64,000 bases of DNA from Pelagibacteraceae bacterium (lineage in GTDB: Bacteria; Pseudomonadota; Alphaproteobacteria; HIMB59). Below, piece by piece: positions 49,369 to 58,903 of the stretch; positions within the stretch are counted from its first letter, which is position 1, and each line of letters begins with the position of its first letter. Both the position numbers and the translations under genes were made by a program. Under the pieces are notes generated by a model that was not told the origin of the DNA, made no database searches, and saw nothing but the letters and a program-made list of their open reading frames with translations. The DNA lies in contig PAHR01000019.1 of assembly GCA_002705265.1 (NCBI GenBank), forward strand, positions 1,438 through 65,437. Direction: 5' to 3'.

Positions 49369-49944
49369 TCAAAGTAAGCCAAAAATTATTTTTTGTAGAT
49401 CAAAAATTCCTTCATTGTTTTTTGAGCTTACAACATAATTTTCATAATTAGATTTAATTAAATTATTTTTTTCTGAAATTTCCTTAATTTTTTTATCTTT
49501 TTTTGTAAATACAATGATAATTTTTTCTCTCATATGTCCCATTGATTTTAAAGTGTCCAAATCAATTGACTTTGCTCCCAAGGAATTATCAATTAATAAA
49601 AATAATTTTTTGAGGTTTTTCCTTGATGATAAATAATGAGATACAAAATCAGAGATGTTTTTAGCTTCTTTTTTAGAAATTTTAGCAAAGCCGTAACCAG
49701 GTAAGTCTACAACCATTAGCTTGTCAGAATGATTAAAAAAATTAACTTGTTTTGTTTTCCCGGGAGTATTGCTAATTAAGGCAATTTTTTTATTAAATAA
49801 TGAGTTAATAAGACTAGATTTGCCGACATTTGATCTTCCAATAAATGCTATTTCTGGGAAAGCGACATTTGGATAATATTTTTCATATACCGCACTTAAT
49901 ACAAAATTTGTGGGCCCTTTGAAAAAACTAGAAACATTATGCAT
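49369..49944 (-). CDS. engB: ribosome biogenesis GTPase YihA/EngB
   Basis: GRSNVGKSS, TPGKT, DLPGYG, TK.DK. Confidence 0.93.
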   Translation of the reverse strand: MHNVSSFFKGPTNFVLSAVYEKYYPNVAFPEIAFIGRSNVGKSSLINSLFNKKIALISNTPGKTKQVNFFNHSDKLMVVDLPGYGFAKISKKEAKNISDFVSHYLSSRKNLKKLFLLIDNSLGAKSIDLDTLKSMGHMREKIIIVFTKKDKKIKEISEKNNLIKSNYENYVVSSKNNEGIFDLQKIIFGLL

Positions 49945-51655
49945 TAGTTTTTTTATTAACTTGTCTTTGAATCACATATTGTTGTGTCATAGAAAGTACA
50001 TTATTTGTTGTCCAGTAAACAACTAATCCAGCAGCAAAACCACCCAAAATGAAAGTAAAAACTATTGGAAGAAACATAAAAATTTTTGCTTGCATTTTAT
50101 CAACTGGTTGAGGATTAAGTTTTTGTTGAAGAAACATAGATAATCCCATCAATATTGGCCATACACCTACATTGAGCATCATCAATATACCTCCAATAAT
50201 AGGCACAGACCCAACATCATAATCAAATAATCCGAATGCTGTTAGTAATCCTAATGGATCTGGTGCTGATAAATCATGTATCCAACCTATAAATGGAGCA
50301 TGTCTCATTTCAATAGTCACGAATAAAACTTTGTATAAGGCAAAGAATACAGGAATTTGAAGTAAAATAGGCAAACATCCTGAAATTGGATTGGCTTTTT
50401 CTCTTTTATAAAGAGCCATCATTTCCTTTTGTAAGCCGGCTCTATCGTCCCCATACTGTTCTTTTAAAATCTTCATTTCAGGTGCTAGTTTTTTCATCTT
50501 AGCCATAGATTTGAAAGATTGTTGAGCTAGAGGAAAAAAGCAAATTCTCATTAGTAGGGTAAAAAGCATAATTGCATAACCAAAGTTACCCACATAACCA
50601 TATATGAATTTTAAGACATTAAAGATTGGTTTAGTTAGAAAATAAAACCAACCAAAGTCTATAGATCGATCAAATTCTTTGATATTAAAATCTTGTTTGT
50701 ATTGATCAATTATGCTCACAATTTTTGGACCTGCAAATAATTTAAATTTATGTGAAGCTGCATTATTGGCACCAACACTTATTGGATTTGAGCTAATTAT
50801 GTTTGTTTGAAAAGACTCCTGATCGTTTTCGTAACTATAAGTAAAGTTTTGCCTTATTGGTTCATTTTGACCTGGTATAATAGCCGTTTGCCAATATTTG
50901 TCTGTAATACCTATCCACCCACCTTTACTATCAAGCTTAATTTCTTTATCCTCTCTTAAGTCGTCATAACTGTATTCTTCTAGAACATCATTAGTAATTG
51001 ATATAGGTCCTTCATGAAGAATAAAGAAGTTTTGTAACTTTGGCTCACCTTTTCTATTAGATAAACCATAAGGATAAACTTCAAATATCAATTCAGAATT
51101 ATTTTTAATTTTTTGCTCAATTGCAAATAAGTAATTTTCATCTAATGATATAATTTTTTCATAAGTTATTCCTTGACCACTTGTCCAAGAAAGCGTAACT
51201 GAATTAGTGCCGTCTAATAAGTCGCCTGAACTCTTCCAATTTGTATCTCTATTTGGTAATTCAATACCTATATCATTAGTAGCCCAACTTGTATCAAGAT
51301 AATACTCACCCTTAGATCCAATAGGGTTTAAAAAACTAATTTGAGATGAATTTTCATCTAGAGTTTCTTTGTATTCCATCAAAACTAAATCATCAATTAT
51401 TCCTCCCTCAAGGTTTATTGAGCCAGAAATTTTTCCATTATTAAACTTTACTCTATTAGATTTTGCTAAGACTTCTTTTTTTTCTAAAAAGTCATTTGAT
51501 GTTAGTTTTTTTTTTGTAATGTCCAACTCGTTAAGATTTGATGTCTCACTTATAGTATTGTTGGTCGGTTCTGGTTGAGGAATAATTAATTGAAATCCAA
51601 AAATGATTGCCATTGAAATTGCTATAGCTAAAAATAAATTTTTTTGATTTTCCAT
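49937..51655 (-). CDS. yidC: membrane protein insertase YidC
   Basis: IDFGWF, GCLPIL.QIPVFFALY, WIHDLSAPDP. Confidence 0.96.
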   Translation of the reverse strand: MENQKNLFLAIAISMAIIFGFQLIIPQPEPTNNTISETSNLNELDITKKKLTSNDFLEKKEVLAKSNRVKFNNGKISGSINLEGGIIDDLVLMEYKETLDENSSQISFLNPIGSKGEYYLDTSWATNDIGIELPNRDTNWKSSGDLLDGTNSVTLSWTSGQGITYEKIISLDENYLFAIEQKIKNNSELIFEVYPYGLSNRKGEPKLQNFFILHEGPISITNDVLEEYSYDDLREDKEIKLDSKGGWIGITDKYWQTAIIPGQNEPIRQNFTYSYENDQESFQTNIISSNPISVGANNAASHKFKLFAGPKIVSIIDQYKQDFNIKEFDRSIDFGWFYFLTKPIFNVLKFIYGYVGNFGYAIMLFTLLMRICFFPLAQQSFKSMAKMKKLAPEMKILKEQYGDDRAGLQKEMMALYKREKANPISGCLPILLQIPVFFALYKVLFVTIEMRHAPFIGWIHDLSAPDPLGLLTAFGLFDYDVGSVPIIGGILMMLNVGVWPILMGLSMFLQQKLNPQPVDKMQAKIFMFLPIVFTFILGGFAAGLVVYWTTNNVLSMTQQYVIQRQVNKKTNA

Positions 51656-51657
51656 TT

Positions 51658-51897
51658 TTATTTTCTTTTAATTACAGGGTCATACCCGCTACTTCCAAAT
51701 GGATTGCATTTTAATATTCTAATTATTGCTTTCATTAAGCCCTTAGCGGGCCCTAAAGTTTTTATAGATTCAATAGCATATTCGCTACAAGTCGGAAGAT
51801 GTCGACAGGTTTTTGGTAAGATAGGGGATAGCAAAAGTTGATATCCCTTAATCATTAAAATCATAAGGCTGCTAATTAGATTTTTAATTTGTTTCAT
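51658..51897 (-). CDS. yidD: membrane protein insertion efficiency factor
   Basis: YQ..LSP....CRH.PTCSEY, RILKCNPF...GYDPV. Confidence 0.93.
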   Translation of the reverse strand: MKQIKNLISSLMILMIKGYQLLLSPILPKTCRHLPTCSEYAIESIKTLGPAKGLMKAIIRILKCNPFGSSGYDPVIKRK

Positions 51898-52222
51898 GCG
51901 CTAAATTTAAAAATGTATTAATATCACTTTTTAAATGATTAAACGAGATATCTAAAACACTTTTTTTCATAATCAATACCAATTTTAGGTTTTTTAGAGT
52001 TTTTATAGCTTCAGAAGTGCGAATTGCCTCACGAACTCTCCTCTTTGTATAATTTCTCGTCACAGCATTGCCTATTCTTTTACTTACAACAATTCCAAAA
52101 AAATTCGAACTATCAAGTTCTTGTCTTAGGTAATATCCATTAAAACCTTTATGTGAGATAAATTTTCCTAATTTTTTAACCTCGGAAAATTCTGATGTCT
52201 TGTTTAGAGTATTTAGTTTCAA
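51884..52222 (-). CDS. rnpA: ribonuclease P protein component
   Basis: GIVVSKRIGNAVTRN..KRR. Confidence 0.9.
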   Translation of the reverse strand: MKLNTLNKTSEFSEVKKLGKFISHKGFNGYYLRQELDSSNFFGIVVSKRIGNAVTRNYTKRRVREAIRTSEAIKTLKNLKLVLIMKKSVLDISFNHLKSDINTFLNLAHETN

Positions 52223-52225
52223 AAA

Positions 52226-52360
52226 CTAAGCTGAAAGACGAGCTCTACCCTTCGCTCTTCTTGCATTTAGAACTTTGCGTCCACCTACAGTTGCCATTCT
52301 AGAACGAAAACCATGTCTTCTCTTTCTTACAAGTTGGCTTGGTTGATATGTTCTTTTCAT
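52226..52360 (-). CDS. rpmH: 50S ribosomal protein L34 (below the ORF-track cutoff)
   Basis: [44 protein letters not shown]. Confidence 0.98.
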   Translation of the reverse strand: MKRTYQPSQLVRKRRHGFRSRMATVGGRKVLNARRAKGRARLSA

Positions 52361-52436
52361 TATCTTTGTTAATCCTTAAAAAATAAGTTTTTACATTTAA
52401 CAATTATTGATATTAAGTCAATCACTATTATTAAAA

Positions 52437-53276
52437 ATGTTAATAATCAAAGATATCGTCAATTTACAAGCGTATTTAAAAACATATAAGCTGAATAATG
52501 AAAAAATTGGATTTGTTCCAACAATGGGCGGATTGCATGAAGGGCATGGAAATCTGATTAAATCATCCCAAGAGAATAATGATAAAACAATTGTGAGTAT
52601 ATTTTTAAATCCCAAACAATTTAACAACATTGAAGATTTAAAAAGATATCCTGTTAACAAAGGTGATGATTATGACTATTGTTTAAAAAATAAAATTGAT
52701 ATTATTTTTGAACCAAACGAGTATGAAATTTATCCTTTAAATTATAAACTAATTAAAAATAATTTTTTTCAGAATATACTTTGTGACAAGTTCAGGCCTG
52801 GACATTTTGATGGAGTGGTTTCAGTTGTAAGCGAATTATTTAAAATTATTGAACCATCTAATGCATATTTTGGTTATAAAGATTACCAACAATTTAAAAT
52901 TATTGATCAATTAGCAAAAAAAAAATTTTCCAAAATAATTATCAAGGGTGTTGAAACTGTTAGAGATGAGACGGGATTAGCTTTTTCAACAAGGAACAAT
53001 TTATTAAATTCTAATAGCAAAGAAATTTACTCTAAATTTATATTTAATATGAAAAATTTTATAAATTCTTTGGATTCAGGATTAGAAATTAGCACAGCTA
53101 ACAACCTGGTTAGAGATTTTATTAAAGACACAAATACTGGTATTGGTAAATTTGACTATCATGAATTTAGATCAGACTCTGATCTTTCACTAAAGGGAAC
53201 CATTAATGATTCAAGGTTTTTTTTAGCTTTCTATTTAAATTCTACAAGACTAATAGATAATTTTAAAATTGATTAA
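52437..53276 (+). CDS. panC: pantoate--beta-alanine ligase (ATG at 52437 preferred as start)
   Basis: FVPTMGGLHEGH, RPGHFDGV, FG.KDYQQ, RLIDN. Confidence 0.93.
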   Translation: MLIIKDIVNLQAYLKTYKLNNEKIGFVPTMGGLHEGHGNLIKSSQENNDKTIVSIFLNPKQFNNIEDLKRYPVNKGDDYDYCLKNKIDIIFEPNEYEIYPLNYKLIKNNFFQNILCDKFRPGHFDGVVSVVSELFKIIEPSNAYFGYKDYQQFKIIDQLAKKKFSKIIIKGVETVRDETGLAFSTRNNLLNSNSKEIYSKFIFNMKNFINSLDSGLEISTANNLVRDFIKDTNTGIGKFDYHEFRSDSDLSLKGTINDSRFFLAFYLNSTRLIDNFKID

Positions 53277-53463
53277 TTTAGTCGCACCTAAATGAAAAAA
53301 AGAAAATTGTTACTAGAATTCCATTTGTATTTTTATTGCAATTAAACAATTGTAAGAAAAATTTTTGGTATAACAAATACAATATACCAAAATGATTAAG
53401 TTGATTTAATTTTTCTAATTAAAAATATAAAATCATCAAATATTTTAAGCTTAAGGAAAAATT

Positions 53464-53679
53464 ATGAGAAACTTTACATTAAAACTAACTAAATCATATA
53501 AATTCGACGTTAATGTTGATGCAAATTCAATTGAAGATGCAAAAAAAATTATTCATCAAACACCCTTTGAAAAAGTAATAACAGATTGTAAGTTCTCTGA
53601 CCCAGAGTTGAGAATTAAAGATGTTGTTTGCAATGATTTAGATTCAAGATTTTATAAGGACGATAATAAACTAAGATAG
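53464..53679 (+). CDS. 71-aa hypothetical protein, paralogue of 35784..35996
   Basis: AAGGA RBS; VDANSIEDAK and DSRFYKDDNKLR motifs. Confidence 0.75.
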   Translation: MRNFTLKLTKSYKFDVNVDANSIEDAKKIIHQTPFEKVITDCKFSDPELRIKDVVCNDLDSRFYKDDNKLR

Positions 53680-53684
53680 TTCAT

Positions 53685-53759
53685 TGGCGGTTCTGCAAGG
53701 ATTCGAACCCTGAATTCTTGATCCGTAGTCAAGTGTGATATCCGTTTCACCACAGAACC
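53685..53759 (-). tRNA. tRNA-Arg(ACG)
   Basis: GGTTCTG/CAGAACC acceptor stem, CTTGA-CTACGGA-TCAAG anticodon arm, GGTTCGAATCC T-arm, encoded CCA. Confidence 0.95.
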
Positions 53760-53802
53760 TTTAAGTTGATTTATATACTCTTTTTATAAATAATAAATAT
53801 AT

Positions 53803-54096
53803 ATGGAAATTTTAAAATCAAACAGAGATATAAAAGATAAATTTGAACTCGAATCCCTAATGGCAGCTCACTTAATAAGGCTAAGGGGATATGGTTCTTT
53901 GCCCTATGATTGTGCATGCAATAATACCCATAAAGTTAATGACAAAGATATTCAGTGCATAGCTTCCGCAAAGCCAATAAAAGCTTTACTTAGATGTCCT
54001 AATAATTTTTATACAATGGTAAGAATAGAAGGGTTTTTTAAAAAAAAAGTTATTTCTGAGTATGGTTATCATGCAAAATTGCTTGATGAAGCATAG
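53803..54096 (+). CDS. hypothetical protein, possibly metal-binding
   Basis: CAC...H and two further Cys in 97 aa. Confidence 0.65.
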   Translation: MEILKSNRDIKDKFELESLMAAHLIRLRGYGSLPYDCACNNTHKVNDKDIQCIASAKPIKALLRCPNNFYTMVRIEGFFKKKVISEYGYHAKLLDEA

Positions 54097-54118
54097 TAAA
54101 AAAATATCTAGGTTTTTT

Positions 54119-54301
54119 TTAATCGGCTACTGAAGATTTAACTTCATTAAATTTTTCAGAAACATAGTTTTTTACTGAAGAAGCCTCTTCTTTTAAAGAC
54201 TCGTAGCTTGTAATTAAAGTTTCATTAACTGTAGTACATCCTGAAAATAAGAACATAAAACTAATTAATATAAATATTTTCTTTATAAGGTTTAATTTCA
54301 T
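54119..54301 (-). CDS. small lipoprotein (ATG at 54301)
   Basis: MKLNLIKKIFILISFMFLFSG-C lipobox followed by an amphipathic helix. Confidence 0.7.
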   Translation of the reverse strand: MKLNLIKKIFILISFMFLFSGCTTVNETLITSYESLKEEASSVKNYVSEKFNEVKSSVAD

Positions 54302-54355
54302 GATTTTTATTACTATCATATTTTTTGTAAAAACTTTATATAAGTTTATTATAAT

Positions 54356-54541
54356 TTGGCAATGTTTGAAGAAGAAGAAAATAAACCTGTTGATAAATCT
54401 GAAAAAGACTATGACTATATGAGTATTGAAGAAATTAATCATTTAATAAGTGATTTAAAAAATAAAATCATTCAATTGGAAAAATTATTAGATAAAAAGA
54501 AAGAAAAGATAAAAAATGCTGATAATTTTTTTAAAAGTTAG
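54356..54541 (+). CDS. DUF1192 family protein
   Basis: MFEEE..P...D...MSIEEI...I..L...I..LE....KK......AD.FFK pattern. Confidence 0.7.
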   Translation: MAMFEEEENKPVDKSEKDYDYMSIEEINHLISDLKNKIIQLEKLLDKKKEKIKNADNFFKS

Positions 54542-54828
54542 TATCCTTCGATTATTATTGCTTTGCTTTTGGCAGAATTCTGTCTGATTTTAAGAGCTTC
54601 CTGGTATTCTATAGAGTTATAAAATTCTTTTGCCTTTTCAACATTTTCAAACTCCACTAAAACATTTCTTTCCCAAGGCCAATCACCCTCTATTACATTC
54701 ATTTTTCCACCTCTAAATAAATATTTACCGCCATATTTAGATATAATTGATTGACTCAGTTGAGGATATTCTTGAAATTTGTGCGGATCTTCTATGTTAA
54801 TTGATAATAAAATGTAACCTTTTTTCAT
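54538..54828 (-). CDS. DUF1330 family protein
   Basis: YGGKYL.RGG....EG.W...R.V.VEF...A..FY.S.EYQ.A...R. Confidence 0.9.
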   Translation of the reverse strand: MKKGYILLSINIEDPHKFQEYPQLSQSIISKYGGKYLFRGGKMNVIEGDWPWERNVLVEFENVEKAKEFYNSIEYQEALKIRQNSAKSKAIIIEGY

Positions 54829-54861
54829 TTATGCGACTAAAACTATACTTTTCTAACAGAG

Positions 54862-54870
54862 TTATCCACA
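54862..54870 (+). promoter_or_regulatory. perfect DnaA box
   Basis: TTATCCACA in an intergenic region. Confidence 0.4.
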
Positions 54871-55023
54871 GATATTGGTAATTTTTTATTATTATATTCA
54901 AATATAAGAACTTCTCTAGTTTTCTATAAGGCCTTACAAATATTGATTTATTTATATTTTATGCATTTTTACATCAATTTTTAAATTTTTTTAAAGTTTT
55001 GAGATGATTTTTATAGTAATAAG

Positions 55024-55500
55024 GTGTTAGATTCCAAAGTTATGCACAAGAGAAAATATTCTAGCTTTTTATTTTTAACAATCCTTATTTTTCAATGTTT
55101 TTTTATCAATAAAGCGAGTGCTGATCATTTATCTATAGCCCTTAATTATAAAATTGCTGAAAAAAGTTCTATTATTATTGAGGGTTACGATAGAAAATTT
55201 TACTTTGAGGAGAAAGAATTTCCATTGTTTACTATGAATATAGAAGCAAATAAAGGATCTAAATCTCAGGACATAAATTTAGGTTCAATACCACACAAAT
55301 ATATCGGCATTTTTGCATACATTGATCTTAATAATGATGGGCAATTTTCCTTAGATTTTAAAGGTGACCCAGCAGAACCATATGGCTTTTCCCTCAATCC
55401 TGATAATGATTTTGAGGATATTTCCTATGAAGATATAGTTTTTGATATGAATTTGCTCAATGAGCCAGTTAAAATTACTTTAAATTTGAAAATTGATTAA
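55024..55500 (+). CDS. DUF2141-like exported protein
   Basis: Signal peptide; YIG..AY.D.N.DG......G.P.EPYGFS.NP. Confidence 0.7.
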   Translation: MLDSKVMHKRKYSSFLFLTILIFQCFFINKASADHLSIALNYKIAEKSSIIIEGYDRKFYFEEKEFPLFTMNIEANKGSKSQDINLGSIPHKYIGIFAYIDLNNDGQFSLDFKGDPAEPYGFSLNPDNDFEDISYEDIVFDMNLLNEPVKITLNLKID

Positions 55501-57368
55501 TCTCTTATTAGCTTTTCTATTTCTTTGACAGCACTGGTAACACTTTTTTTATCAGTTTTTATAGTTAAATCTGGTTTGATTGGTTCTTCGTAAGGACTAG
55601 AAATACCCGTAAAGTTTGGTATTTCACCTGACCTAGCTTTTTTATAGAGACCCTTAGGATCTCTTTTTTCTGCAACATTTAAGGGTGTGGATATGTATAT
55701 TTCTTTAAATTCATCTTTTTTAAAAAGACTTCTTGCCATTTCCCTTTCAATTCTAAAAGGAGAAATAAAAGCTGTTATAACAATTAAGCCAGCATCGCAC
55801 ATTAATTTTGCTACTTCAGCAACCCTCCTTATATTTTCTACTCTATCTTTGTCTGTAAATCCGAGGTCTTTATTTAGCCCATGCCTTATATTGTCACCAT
55901 CGAGAACATAAGTTTTTTTACTTTTTTTATAAAGTAATTTTTCTAAAGCATTTGCAATAGTAGATTTCCCTGATCCTGAAATTCCAGTGAGCCAAATTAC
56001 TCTACCCTTGTGTCCATTGAGTTTTTCTCTATGTTTTTTATTTATAGTAAGTTCTTGTAAGTGAATATTTTTCGATCTCCTAAGAGCAAAGTTTATCATA
56101 GCACAACCAACGGTTTGATTATTGATAGGATCAATTAATATCATTGAGCCAAGACGTTTATTTTCACTATACTCTTTAAATGGAATATCTTTGTTAAATG
56201 AAATAACACATTCAGCAACATTGTTTAGTGAAAGTTGTTTTCCCGGTCTATGTTCCAAAGTGTTTACATTATAAATTTTTTTAATATCTAGAATTTTTAT
56301 AGAAACTTTTTGAGTATTAATTTTTCCTAAATATGTTCTTCCGATAAAACAAGGATCTTGTGACATCCAAATCAAATTAACATTAAATTGGTCAGCACAT
56401 TGAATGGGATTTTTTGAGTCACAAATTATGTCACCCCTAGAAACATCTATTTCTCTATCTAAGGTAATAGTTACACTATCCCCGATATTTGCCTTTTTGA
56501 TGTTAGATTTTTCTAAAAAAACCCCAGAAATCTTAGCTTTTTGCCTAGATGGTAAAACTATAATTTCTTTTCCACTACTAATTAATCCTGAAGCAATGGT
56601 TCCACTATATCCTCGAAAACTTGAATTCGGCCTATTAACAAATTGAACGGGCATAATAAAATTCCCAATAATATCTTTTTGAATATCAATTTTTTCTAAA
56701 TAATTGAAAAGAGTTGAAGATTTGTACCATTTCATATTTGATGATTTTTTATAAATATTATCCCCCTTTAGAGCTGATAGAGGAATAGCTTGTATTGATG
56801 AAAAATTAAGTTTTTTAGAAAATTTTTTATAATTATCTGTAATTTTTTTAAATTCAGATTCACTATAATTAATTAAATCCATTTTATTAATTGCTAGAAC
56901 TACATGCTTAATACCTAGAACAGATACTATAAAAGAATGTCTTTTGGTTTGTGTCATTATTCCATTGCGGGCATCAATTAATATAATTGCTAAATTAGCT
57001 GTAGATGCACCTGTAATCATATTTCTCGTATATTGTTCATGTCCAGGTGTGTCGGCAACAATAAATTTTCTTTTACTTGAAGAAAAAAATCTGTAAGCAA
57101 CATCAATTGTGATACCTTGTTCTCTTTCAGCACTTAAGCCATCTACTAAAAGAGCAAAATCTATTTGGTCACCTTGGGTCCCATGATTTTTAGAGTCTTG
57201 TTTTAATGAATTTACATGATCATCAAATATCATTTGAGATTCATATAACATTCTCCCTATTAAAGTACTTTTTCCATCATCTACACTTCCGCAGGTAATA
57301 AATCTTAAAAGACTTAGTTCCGATTGTTTTTTTAGATAGCTAGTAATTTTTTTATTAGTTTTTGTCAT
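55497..57368 (-). CDS. cysNC: bifunctional sulfate adenylyltransferase subunit 1 / APS kinase (CysNC, NodQ-like)
   Basis: GSVDDGKST, EQGITID, DTPGH and NKMD GTPase motifs; C-terminal WLTGISGSGKST, LDGDN.RHGL, RDPKGLY. Confidence 0.95.
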   Translation of the reverse strand: MTKTNKKITSYLKKQSELSLLRFITCGSVDDGKSTLIGRMLYESQMIFDDHVNSLKQDSKNHGTQGDQIDFALLVDGLSAEREQGITIDVAYRFFSSSKRKFIVADTPGHEQYTRNMITGASTANLAIILIDARNGIMTQTKRHSFIVSVLGIKHVVLAINKMDLINYSESEFKKITDNYKKFSKKLNFSSIQAIPLSALKGDNIYKKSSNMKWYKSSTLFNYLEKIDIQKDIIGNFIMPVQFVNRPNSSFRGYSGTIASGLISSGKEIIVLPSRQKAKISGVFLEKSNIKKANIGDSVTITLDREIDVSRGDIICDSKNPIQCADQFNVNLIWMSQDPCFIGRTYLGKINTQKVSIKILDIKKIYNVNTLEHRPGKQLSLNNVAECVISFNKDIPFKEYSENKRLGSMILIDPINNQTVGCAMINFALRRSKNIHLQELTINKKHREKLNGHKGRVIWLTGISGSGKSTIANALEKLLYKKSKKTYVLDGDNIRHGLNKDLGFTDKDRVENIRRVAEVAKLMCDAGLIVITAFISPFRIEREMARSLFKKDEFKEIYISTPLNVAEKRDPKGLYKKARSGEIPNFTGISSPYEEPIKPDLTIKTDKKSVTSAVKEIEKLIRD

Positions 57369-58843
57369 CAGAAATAACCTTCTAATTTCTTTTTTTCCAT
57401 TGAGCTGGAAGAGTCATTATCTATGGCCCTTCCTTGTCTTTCAGAAGTTTTAGATTTCAGTAATTCAAGTAATATTTTTTCTAGATCATCTGCTTCAGAC
57501 TCAATAGCACCAGTCAAAGGGTAACATCCAAGTGTTCTAAATCGAACTTTCTTAAGATAAATTTTTTCATTTGATAATATATTTAACCTATCATCATCAA
57601 CCATTATCAACATTCCATTACGCTCTACCACTGGTCTTATTTTTGAAAAATAAAGAGGTACTATTGGAATTTTTTCTTGAAATATATATTGCCAAATATC
57701 TAATTCTGTCCAATTAGAAAGGGGAAATACCCTTATATTTTCTCCCTTGTTTAATGAAGAATTGTATAAATTCCAAAGTTCTGGTCTTTGATTTTTAGGA
57801 TCCCATAAATGATCTTTATTTCTAAAAGAAAATACCCTTTCCTTTGCCCTTGATTTTTCCTCATCTCTTCTTGCACCTCCAAAAGCTACATCAAACTTGT
57901 ATTTTTCTAAAGCTTGTTTGAGACCTTGGGTTTTCATTATGTCAGTGTGAACTGAAGATCCATTAGTCAAAGGATTTATATTTTTTTTAATTCCTTCAGG
58001 ATTAACATGAGTTATTAGCTCCATACCCATTTCATCTGCAATTTTTTGTCTAAAAGAATACATCTCTTGAAATTTCCACCTTGTGTCAATATGCATTAAA
58101 GGAAAAGGAGGTTTACTAGGATAAAAAGCTTTTTTTGCTAAATGAAGCATAACAGAACTATCTTTTCCAATTGAGTAAAGCATAACAGGATTTTCCGATT
58201 CACTAACAACTTCCCTCATTATCTCAATACTTTCAGATTCTAAATTTTTAAGATAACTGTTGCTTGGCAATTTAATTTTAGAGTTTTTATTATTATTAAA
58301 TTCAATCGGTTTCTCAAATAGATACATAGGTAAGTGTATAAAATATTTAGAACTTACTTTAATATCAAATAATTTATAATGATCGGTAATAGAAAAAAAA
58401 TCACTGATTAAGTCTGTGTTAGGAATACATAAGAAGTCTTTTTTTATTCTTTTAAATAAACTTAATATTCCTTTTAAGATATCTTCTCTTTTATTGGAGG
58501 ATATTAGGCACCATCTTCTTCCCCCTCTTCTATCATTTGTAAAAAGAATTAATTGATTCTCAATTTTAGCAATTTGAATAAATAGAATAAGACTTTTTTT
58601 TATTTTTATTGTTCTTTCAAATAATTGTTTTTTAAAATTATTAGAAACTTTTTCTATATATTCATCATATTCTATAATCTTTGGAAAAAACTTATTTCTT
58701 TCGATCCATCTTTCGTAACTGCGCTTAGTATTGAAATATTTTTTTTTATGAAGATATTCAAAATGAGACTCGCTGTCCCAAGCTTTTTCAACAGTGAGTT
58801 TGTTTGATGAAAAAAAAACGGATTTTTTTATTAATTTTACCAT
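57368..58843 (-). CDS. cysD: sulfate adenylyltransferase subunit 2 with ~195-aa N-terminal extension
   Basis: [43 protein letters not shown]. Confidence 0.93.
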   Translation of the reverse strand: MVKLIKKSVFFSSNKLTVEKAWDSESHFEYLHKKKYFNTKRSYERWIERNKFFPKIIEYDEYIEKVSNNFKKQLFERTIKIKKSLILFIQIAKIENQLILFTNDRRGGRRWCLISSNKREDILKGILSLFKRIKKDFLCIPNTDLISDFFSITDHYKLFDIKVSSKYFIHLPMYLFEKPIEFNNNKNSKIKLPSNSYLKNLESESIEIMREVVSESENPVMLYSIGKDSSVMLHLAKKAFYPSKPPFPLMHIDTRWKFQEMYSFRQKIADEMGMELITHVNPEGIKKNINPLTNGSSVHTDIMKTQGLKQALEKYKFDVAFGGARRDEEKSRAKERVFSFRNKDHLWDPKNQRPELWNLYNSSLNKGENIRVFPLSNWTELDIWQYIFQEKIPIVPLYFSKIRPVVERNGMLIMVDDDRLNILSNEKIYLKKVRFRTLGCYPLTGAIESEADDLEKILLELLKSKTSERQGRAIDNDSSSSMEKKKLEGYF

Positions 58844-58903
58844 TGTCGTATTTTGAATAAAATAGTATTTTTTTTTAAATTGTATATAATTTTATTATAA
58901 TAA

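Noticed and set aside
54302-54442. Extended 107-aa version of the small lipoprotein ORF
   Set aside because: Overlaps DUF1192 on the opposite strand. The lipobox fits a start at 54301.
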